From contig CAMDGM010000003.1 of the NCBI GenBank assembly GCA_945898015.1, forward strand, positions 14,618 through 78,617: DNA of 64,000 bases, in the 5' to 3' direction. The DNA comes from PVC group bacterium (GTDB lineage Bacteria; Verrucomicrobiota; Kiritimatiellia; CAIKKV01). A program made the position numbers and the translations under genes. The notes below the pieces were generated by a model. The model made no database searches. It had not been told where the DNA came from and saw only the letters and a program-made list of their open reading frames with translations. Position 1 is the first letter of the stretch. Each line of letters opens with the position of its first letter. Positions 58,241-64,000 of the stretch are shown here, in pieces.

Positions 58241-58525
58241 GGAATCGGAATCGGAATCGCTATCGCCGGGCGCAATCTCGACCTCGATTTCGATACCGAT
58301 GCCGATGCCGATTTCGATACCGATACCGATGCCGATACCGATACCGATATACTGAGTATGCCGATGCCGATGCCGATGCCGATACCGATGCCGATGCCGA
58401 TGCCGATACCGATGCCGATACCGATACCGATGCCGATACCGATGCCGATGCCGATACCGATGCCGATGCCGATACCGATACCGATACCGATACCGATATA
58501 CTGAGTATGCCGATGCCGAATACCG
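58241..58525. repeat. Hexanucleotide microsatellite (GCCGAT/ACCGAT)n, ~45 units in two blocks each ending 'ATATACTGAGTATGCCGATGCC', preceded by (GGAATC)3
   Basis: Direct reading of 58241-58525; second 'CGGGATCGGAATCCCTATCG' box at 58611-58636 mirrors 'CGGAATCGGAATCGCTATCG' at 58245-58264. Confidence 0.9.
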
Positions 58526-58669
58526 GGAAGAAAGAAAAGATGGAGCCAACATGAGACAGACTATCAGGTTGTTCCACGGGCGTTCGTGTGGTATAGGGAT
58601 TCGGAGATTTCGGCATCGGGATCGGAATCCCTATCGAAGATGACGACTCCAGGGGGGACAGAGAGAGAG

Positions 58670-59128
58670 ATGGCCTTCAGCCACGAACGCTTGGATGTTT
58701 ATCGCGCCGCTATCGAGTATGTTGGCTGGGCGCATCGTTTGTGCATGGGCCTGAAGGGAGATCAGCGCAGCACCAAGGATCAGTTGTTGCGGGCCTCGCA
58801 ATCGATCCCCTTGAATATTGCCGAGGGGAACGGAAAAGTCACGGAGGCTGATCGTCGTCGCTACTTCGAAATTGCCCGGGGGTCGACGCTTGAGTGTGCC
58901 GCCATTCAAGACGTCCTTGAAGTGTGCGACATGCTGTCACATGAACAGAATCTGGAAGCCAAGAAACTTCTTGATCGCCTTGTCGCCATGCTTACGAAAC
59001 TGGGTCAGCGCGGATACACTGTCCACGAGTCCAGGGACATCTACTCCAGTACCGATGCCGATGCCGATGCAAGAACCGATACCGATACCGGTGCCGAGAA
59101 TTCTCGTAACGGGAAAAGGACACGCTAG
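58670..59128 (+). CDS. Four-helix-bundle protein (23S rRNA intervening-sequence protein family, TIGR02436-like) with DA/DT-repeat C-terminal tail
   Basis: 'ERLDVYRAAIEYVGW...LRASQSIPLNIAEGNGKVTEADRRRYFEIARGSTLECAAIQDVL' family hallmark; purine-rich RBS; C-terminal 'STDADADARTDTDTGAE' encoded by the downstream hexamer tract. Confidence 0.7.
   Translation: MAFSHERLDVYRAAIEYVGWAHRLCMGLKGDQRSTKDQLLRASQSIPLNIAEGNGKVTEADRRRYFEIARGSTLECAAIQDVLEVCDMLSHEQNLEAKKLLDRLVAMLTKLGQRGYTVHESRDIYSSTDADADARTDTDTGAENSRNGKRTR
59051..59098. repeat. Short (ACCGAT/GCCGAT)n hexamer tract inside the 3' end of the four-helix-bundle gene
   Basis: ACCGATGCCGATGCCGATGCAAGAACCGATACCGATACCGGTGCCGAG. Confidence 0.8.
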
Positions 59129-59130
59129 AA

Positions 59131-59388
59131 ATGCCCACGCTCGACTGGATCGGAAAACAAGCGGTGGTGAATCATCACCACACGGTTCCATTTCATTTGC
59201 TGAAGGATGTGCCGGAGCTTTCCGTGGGCGATCCGGGAACCGGAAACCTGATCGTGCAGGGCGATAACCTGCTCGTGCTCAAAGCCTTTCTCCCGTATTG
59301 GGAGGCCCGGAGCAAGGGGACGTGTCTGTTTGTGATGCCCACGGATAAGGATTGGGAAGCGATAAAAAAGAAGGGGGAAGCGAGATGA
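59131..59388 (+). pseudogene. N-terminal remnant of an N6/N4 DNA methyltransferase (type III Mod-like)
   Basis: 'LDWIGKQAV...NLIVQGDNLLVLKAFLPY' matches the MTase N-terminal 'nlLI.GDNLe.LK.L.p' block; frame ends after ~85 aa with no DPPY/catalytic motifs in any frame. Confidence 0.45.
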
Positions 59389-60080
59389 AGCGATCTGAAA
59401 TCAATGCGATCATGAAGGATGCGGTGGAGTTTCTGGACCGGATGAATTTCAAGCTGCCGCCGTTCGCCTTCTGGAGCCCGGCCGAATGGGCGCGCAAGGG
59501 CCGTGAGTATGACGAGATCCGGGACAACATGCTGGGCTGGGATATTACTGATTTCGGGAGCGGGGATTACCGCACGATCGGACTCTTGCTGTTCACCATC
59601 CGGAACGGCAACTTCAGCTTGAAGAAATACACGAAGCCCTATGCCGAAAAGCTTCTGCTGGTCGAGGAGGAGCAGATTACCCCCTATCACTTCCACTGGA
59701 AAAAGATGGAGGACATCATCAACCGCGGGGGCGGCAACCTGATGGTCAAGGTTTACAACGCGACCCCGGCGGGCCGTTTTGCCGCGTCGCCGGTGGCGGT
59801 TTCGATGGACGGCCGGAATTACAAGGTCAAGGCGGGGACGGTGATCAAGGTGGCTCCCGGCGAAAGCATCACGCTGCCGGCCGGGCAGTACCATAAGTTC
59901 TGGGGCGAGCCGGGCACCGGGCGGATCCTGCTGGGCGAGGTCTCCAAGATGAACGACGACCGGGTCGACAACCGGTTTTATGAAAAGGTCGGCCGGTTTC
60001 CTGCCATCAAAGAGGATGCGAAGCCGCTGTATCTGCTCGGGAACGAGTATCCGAAGGCAAAGAAATCGCGCCAACCGTAA
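59385..60080 (+). CDS. D-lyxose/D-mannose ketol-isomerase (cupin, YdaE-like)
   Basis: 'MKRSEINAIMKDAVEFLDRMNFKLPPFAFW...EEQITPYHFHWKKMEDIINRGGG' matches the D-lyxose isomerase family; GGAAG RBS. Confidence 0.7.
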   Translation: MKRSEINAIMKDAVEFLDRMNFKLPPFAFWSPAEWARKGREYDEIRDNMLGWDITDFGSGDYRTIGLLLFTIRNGNFSLKKYTKPYAEKLLLVEEEQITPYHFHWKKMEDIINRGGGNLMVKVYNATPAGRFAASPVAVSMDGRNYKVKAGTVIKVAPGESITLPAGQYHKFWGEPGTGRILLGEVSKMNDDRVDNRFYEKVGRFPAIKEDAKPLYLLGNEYPKAKKSRQP

Positions 60081-60108
60081 TACAAGTATTGTTCCTGAGG
60101 AAAGAGGG

Positions 60109-60179
60109 AACTACGAAATACGCGAAAGGCACGAAAACAGAACCTTCTTTATTTCGTGCCTTTTGCGCTTTTCGTAGTT
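60109..60179. promoter_or_regulatory. Long imperfect inverted repeat / hairpin (≈25-bp arms) between isomerase and GH38 genes
   Basis: AACTACGAAATACGCGAAAGGCACGAAA ...16 nt... TTCGTGCCTTTTGCGCTTTTCGTAGTT; no T-tract after it. Confidence 0.5.
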
Positions 60180-60204
60180 ACGGCTCGAAGAGGCTTGGCG
60201 TGTT

Positions 60205-62964
60205 ATGAAAAAAACGGCGTTCGTGTTTTCCCATGTCCACTGGGACATTGAATGGTATCTCCCGTTCCGGTCTTTCCGGTTCTGGCTGGTGAAGAGCCTG
60301 GACCGGTTGATCGATCCGGTCTCGCGGCAGCCGGGATTCAAGACCTTTGTGTTCGACGGCCAGGTGGCCCCGATCGAACATTACCTGGAGGTCAAGCCGG
60401 AGCGCGAGGCGGCCATCCGCAAGCTGGTCAAGTCCGGGAAGCTCTCCGTGGGTCCCTTTTATACCCAGTACGACGAGTGGCTGACGGGACCGGAGGCGAT
60501 TGTCCGCAACTGCCTCTATGGAAACCGGCGGGCTCGCGAACTCGGCCGGGTGATGAAGGCCGGGTACCTGCCCGACAATTTCGGTCATCCCGCGCAGATG
60601 CCGCAGATCCTGGACGGCTTCGGCCTGAAAAGCCTCATTTTCATGCGAGGCATGCCGGAGCGGTCCGAGGCGGTGGGGGATCAGTTTCACTGGGTTGGCC
60701 TCGATGGCACGCGCGTTCTGGGTATTCACCTGCGCAACACCTATTGTAATGCTTTGGCCGCGGGGTCGAAGACGAACGCCTGGGGGCCGCCGGCGTTCCG
60801 TGCCGCCGCGTTTGGCGATTACATTCAGACGCCCGAGTTCCTGCATCGCGCAGCGTGCGAGACGGACAGGAAGAAGGGCGTGGAGGCCCTGGTGGACGCC
60901 GCGAAGAAGGCCGAGCCCGGCTGTCACACCGGGGTGATTCCGCTGGCCAACGGTTATGACAGCGCCGTGCCCCAGGAAACCATCGCCGAGCTGATCGCCC
61001 TGGCCAACAAGCAGCAGGACGAATTCGAATTTGTGCACGGGAATTGCGAAGCGCTTACAAACGCGATTCAGCGGCGCGGCGCGCCGCTGAAGGATTTCAA
61101 GGGCGAGCTGTGGGGCGGGAAGTACCAGTTGCTCCTGACAGGCGCCATCACCACGCGCAGCTACCTCAAGCAGTCGAATTTTCTGGCCGAGGCGCTGCTC
61201 GAGCGCTATGCCGAACCGCTCAGCGCGTTGGCTTCGCTCGATGGGGCGGAATGGCCGGCGCGGCCGCTGGAGGAGGCCTGGCGCTGGCTGTTCCTCAATC
61301 AGGCGCACGACGGGATCCACGGGTCGAGCGCCGATCCGGTGCACGAGGAGATGGTGCAGCGGTTCAACGCGGCCCGGCAGATCGCCGTGGGCCTGACCCA
61401 CGAGGCCCTGGCTGTGCTGGCGGCGCGGCGGGACGACAAACAGGCGACGGGCGGACTCGTCCTCGCTTTCAATCCCGCGGGGAGCGCGGAGGCGCCGGCC
61501 ATTGTGGATACGTGGCTGCATGGCTATGATCCGGCCAAGCATGTTGTAGTCGACGAGAGCGACCGGCCTCTGCCGATTCAAGTGGTGGCCAATCCCTGGG
61601 CGGCGGACCCACCGTCCAAGACGTCCAGCTGGGCGCCGGCGTGGCCCGACGGCAATCCGGCCCATGTGCTCGTGGCGGCGTCGGTCCCGGCCGGCGGCCT
61701 GGCCGCGTTGCGGATGCGCGCCGGCAAGGCGCCGAAGTCGAAACGGCTCGGCACGCAGTCCGCCACATCGATCGAGAACGAGCACCTGCGCGTGAGTTTC
61801 AAGCGCGGGGCGCTGGAGGTCTACGACAAGGCCACCCGCCGGACATATGCCGGCTTGAACGTCATCGAGGACGAGGCGGACCGGGGCGATGCCTGGGACT
61901 TTTCCGAGCCGTGGGAGAAGAGCCCGGTCCTGCGCAGCACGGACTTTCCCGCCACCTGCCGCCGGGTCGAATCCGGCCCGGTCCGGGCCATGCTGGAGGT
62001 CACCACCCGGATGCGGGTGCCCAAGCGGCTTGAGGGTGAGAAGCGGTCACGCGAAAAGGTGGACCTGGCGCTGGTTGCGAAGGTGAGCCTCTACCGTGGC
62101 GCGCGCCGGGTGGACGTGTCGCTGACGTTCGACAACCAGGCCTGCGATCATCGGCTGAGGCTGGTGTGTCCGACCGGGCTGGAAAGCGGCCGCGTGATGA
62201 GCCAGGGCCATTTCGGCATTCTGAGCCGGCCTGTGCGGAATCCCGACGAAGGCAAGACGGGGTGGACCCAGCCGCCGCCCGTGACGTTCTATTTCCGTGA
62301 ATGGATTGCGGTGGAGGCGGGGCGGGCCGGACTGGCGGTGGCCTGCCGCGGGCTCCACGAGTATGAGTCCAGGAGTGGCCGCCACGGCGTGGACCTGCGG
62401 GTTACGCTGCAGCGGGGTTACGGGCGGATGGGCCGGTCGAACGTCAAGGCGCGGGCGGGGGCGACGTCGCCGACGATTCCGACGCCCGGCGCCCAGTGTC
62501 TGGGCGTGCAGACCTTTGATTATGCCTTCCTGCCCTATTCGGCCGGTGGCCGTGCTGCCCGGGCGCCGTTCATGCCGCAGGCGCTGGCATTCCTCTATCC
62601 GCCCATGGGGCACCAGGCGGATCCGACGCATATCCTGGTGGATCCGGCGCTCGTGAAAAAGGGCGTGAAAGGGGCGATCCCGGCCCCGGCCTTCCGGGTT
62701 GAGCCGGGCCACCTGCGCGTCAGCGCTTTCAAGCGTGCGGCGGAGAATGACGGCTGGATTGTGCGGTTCTGGGAGAACGAGGGCCGGAAAACAAAAGCCC
62801 GCCTCACGCTGGCCCCGGCCTTTGGAAAGGTTGTTGAAACCAATCTCAACGAGGAAGCGATCCGGCCCGTCAAGGTGTCCGGCGGTCGCGTGACCCTCGA
62901 GGTGGCTCCGTATAAGATCGTGACCTTGAAACTGTTTGAGGTGATAAGCGTGCGGCCTACTTGA
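60205..62964 (+). CDS. GH38 alpha-mannosidase
   Basis: 'FVFSHVHWDIEWY' GH38 N-terminal metal-site block; 919 aa. Confidence 0.8.
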   Translation: MKKTAFVFSHVHWDIEWYLPFRSFRFWLVKSLDRLIDPVSRQPGFKTFVFDGQVAPIEHYLEVKPEREAAIRKLVKSGKLSVGPFYTQYDEWLTGPEAIVRNCLYGNRRARELGRVMKAGYLPDNFGHPAQMPQILDGFGLKSLIFMRGMPERSEAVGDQFHWVGLDGTRVLGIHLRNTYCNALAAGSKTNAWGPPAFRAAAFGDYIQTPEFLHRAACETDRKKGVEALVDAAKKAEPGCHTGVIPLANGYDSAVPQETIAELIALANKQQDEFEFVHGNCEALTNAIQRRGAPLKDFKGELWGGKYQLLLTGAITTRSYLKQSNFLAEALLERYAEPLSALASLDGAEWPARPLEEAWRWLFLNQAHDGIHGSSADPVHEEMVQRFNAARQIAVGLTHEALAVLAARRDDKQATGGLVLAFNPAGSAEAPAIVDTWLHGYDPAKHVVVDESDRPLPIQVVANPWAADPPSKTSSWAPAWPDGNPAHVLVAASVPAGGLAALRMRAGKAPKSKRLGTQSATSIENEHLRVSFKRGALEVYDKATRRTYAGLNVIEDEADRGDAWDFSEPWEKSPVLRSTDFPATCRRVESGPVRAMLEVTTRMRVPKRLEGEKRSREKVDLALVAKVSLYRGARRVDVSLTFDNQACDHRLRLVCPTGLESGRVMSQGHFGILSRPVRNPDEGKTGWTQPPPVTFYFREWIAVEAGRAGLAVACRGLHEYESRSGRHGVDLRVTLQRGYGRMGRSNVKARAGATSPTIPTPGAQCLGVQTFDYAFLPYSAGGRAARAPFMPQALAFLYPPMGHQADPTHILVDPALVKKGVKGAIPAPAFRVEPGHLRVSAFKRAAENDGWIVRFWENEGRKTKARLTLAPAFGKVVETNLNEEAIRPVKVSGGRVTLEVAPYKIVTLKLFEVISVRPT

Positions 62965-63157
62965 TGGCCAGATTTGACGATTTAGCAAGGAAAGCGAGCT
63001 TTCGCGCCTGCTCGTCAAGCCGGCTTCGAGGGCTGTTGCGCCGGACGGTGGACTGTGCCTCCGCCCAGGTCATGGCGTCCTGAATCAAGCGCCAGCGCTC
63101 CTGGGCTGTCCAGTTCCGCTCGCGCTTGCATGCTTCACGTTGGATGAGAGGATTCAC
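62957..63157 (-). CDS. Small hypothetical protein (66 aa), possible partner of the adjacent MNT-fold gene
   Basis: Overlaps the 3' end of the 63135-63635 gene; helical, charged; no family recognised. Confidence 0.3.
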   Translation of the reverse strand: MNPLIQREACKRERNWTAQERWRLIQDAMTWAEAQSTVRRNSPRSRLDEQARKLAFLAKSSNLAIK

Positions 63158-63635
63158 GGGCAGATAATGCTTTCTTCAAATCGCGAATGCGATCATTTTT
63201 CCGGTCTTCGGGATCGAGGCTCAATTGGCAGGCCAGCATGTCCGCATCCGACAACCCCCGGTAAACGGTTCCGGCAGCGGTTTGCCCGGACACGGATGTG
63301 GTGAAGGACTGTTGCCAACTCGGCAGACCCGCGACGCTGAGGAAGACATCAATGGCGCCGTGGGGGCTGCTCAGGCAATAGATTGTTTGCCGGCCCAGCC
63401 ATCCCGTTGGCAGGGCTGCCACCGGACCCCAGGTTTCCTCCGCGGGGCCCCATTCGGCATCCAGTTCGGCCAAGGCCTCCTCGCACCGAAGACGGTTGCC
63501 GGCGTCGTCTTCGATCCATAAATCGATGTCGAATGTCAGGACCGGCTTGTGCCGCAGCAGAAAGTGGACCCCGCCAATAAGAAGCGTGCGCACCTCCCGG
63601 CGGTTGAAGACGGTCAGGATATGGTCAATGTCCAT
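63135..63635 (-). CDS. Minimal nucleotidyltransferase (MNT/pol-beta fold) family protein, paralogue of 10527-10994
   Basis: 'LLIGGVHFLLRHKPVLTFDIDLWIED' GG...T.D.D NTase motif; similar C-terminal 'DRIRDLKKAL'. Confidence 0.5.
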   Translation of the reverse strand: MDIDHILTVFNRREVRTLLIGGVHFLLRHKPVLTFDIDLWIEDDAGNRLRCEEALAELDAEWGPAEETWGPVAALPTGWLGRQTIYCLSSPHGAIDVFLSVAGLPSWQQSFTTSVSGQTAAGTVYRGLSDADMLACQLSLDPEDRKNDRIRDLKKALSARESSHPT

Positions 63636-63782
63636 AATTAAAAATTTAGCACGAATTACGGCTGATTAAAGATTAATCGGCGCGCGCCCGGCGTGATGGC
63701 CCTAACACAAACCTAACAATTCCCTCACATGAGCCTGACAAGCGTCGGCTTTACTTGCTGCCTACAAGAGAAAGGCAGCAGC

Positions 63783-64000
63783 ATGAAATTTGTCACGAGC
63801 GTTTTATTGGCAGGTGTGGCTCTGGTGGTGATGACCAGCGGTTGCGGGCGCAAGGCGGAGACGGCGTTTACGGTGGCGGGCTCGACTGCCTTCCAGCCGT
63901 TTGCCGAAAAGCTGGCGGATCAGTTCATGGCCTCGCATCCGGACGTGAACATCACGGTGCAAGGAGGAGGCTCCTCCCTCGGCATCCAGTCCGCTCTTTC
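63783..64000 (+). CDS. pstS: Phosphate ABC transporter substrate-binding protein (PstS family), 5' part only
   Basis: Lipoprotein signal 'LLAGVALVVMTSGCG'; 'FTVAGSTAFQPFAEKLADQF' PstS N-terminal block; runs off window end. Confidence 0.6.
   Translation, partial: MKFVTSVLLAGVALVVMTSGCGRKAETAFTVAGSTAFQPFAEKLADQFMASHPDVNITVQGGGSSLGIQSAL

Noticed and set aside
58241-58525. Possible CRISPR array
   Set aside because: Unit is 6 bp with no unique spacers; this is a microsatellite, not a repeat-spacer array; no cas genes
58222-58616. Three ORFs (58222-58554 +, 58229-58552 -, 58260-58616 -) translating the hexamer microsatellite into (DA/DT)n, (RY/RH)n or (SA/SV)n
   Set aside because: Pure repeat translation with no start context; treated as non-coding microsatellite, although in-frame repeat-encoded proteins cannot be fully excluded

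Overview
This is a GC-rich (~65%) bacterial chromosomal window, densely coded on both strands, with gene content suggesting a PVC-type or similar environmental heterotroph. Every call below comes from reading the ORF translations and the DNA by eye; no database search was run.

The left part carries carbon and polyphosphate metabolism. A PPK2-type polyphosphate kinase and GlgP glycogen phosphorylase (EASGTGNMK pyridoxal-phosphate site) are followed by a flavodoxin-like protein, a NagB/6-phosphogluconolactonase-like enzyme, and a LarA-like (DUF2088) protein. Further along are GdhA, a TauE/SafE exporter, a creatininase-fold protein sitting 10 bp downstream of a B12-binding radical-SAM protein, the GlmM plus LbH acetyltransferase operon, and a CoA-disulfide reductase with a rhodanese domain.

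The middle holds an ECF sigma / anti-sigma locus whose anti-sigma carries a periplasmic CBM48 glycogen-binding module, followed by a periplasmic protein and an outer-membrane barrel. Nearby are a subtilisin S8-PKD protease, a GlgE-like GH13 enzyme, IlvC, a large Ser/Thr kinase with a zinc ribbon and extracellular LRRs, a sialate-O-acetylesterase-like esterase, and a second ECF sigma / ZAS anti-sigma / DUF2892 / TolC-MFP-RND efflux operon.

The right part is a thiol and sulfur island. It contains CcdA, two thioredoxin-like proteins, an ArsP-like 'TPFCSCS' permease with an ArsR regulator, a split YeeE/YedE transporter fused to three rhodaneses, and a persulfide-dioxygenase-like MBL-rhodanese fusion. 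It is followed by a decayed accessory patch: a VapB-like antitoxin with a truncated PIN toxin, an AT-rich stretch, a long (GCCGAT/ACCGAT)n hexanucleotide microsatellite surrounding a four-helix-bundle (23S-IVS-type) gene, and a DNA-methyltransferase N-terminal remnant. The window ends with a D-lyxose/mannose isomerase, a GH38 alpha-mannosidase, an MNT-fold pair and the start of pstS.

The most unusual signal is a family of at least six copies of a modular, GC-rich, structured intergenic repeat (about 100-250 bp). It has shared cores 'CGCCTGATCGAAACGCCGCAACCCGACGGG' and 'GCCAGCATAGCCGAAAGGGGCAATCCGTA', includes a tail-to-tail inverted arrangement at 6.8-7.4 kb, and generates spurious 'MGSCPDASSRK...' ORFs. 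No rRNA, tRNA or CRISPR array was recognised.
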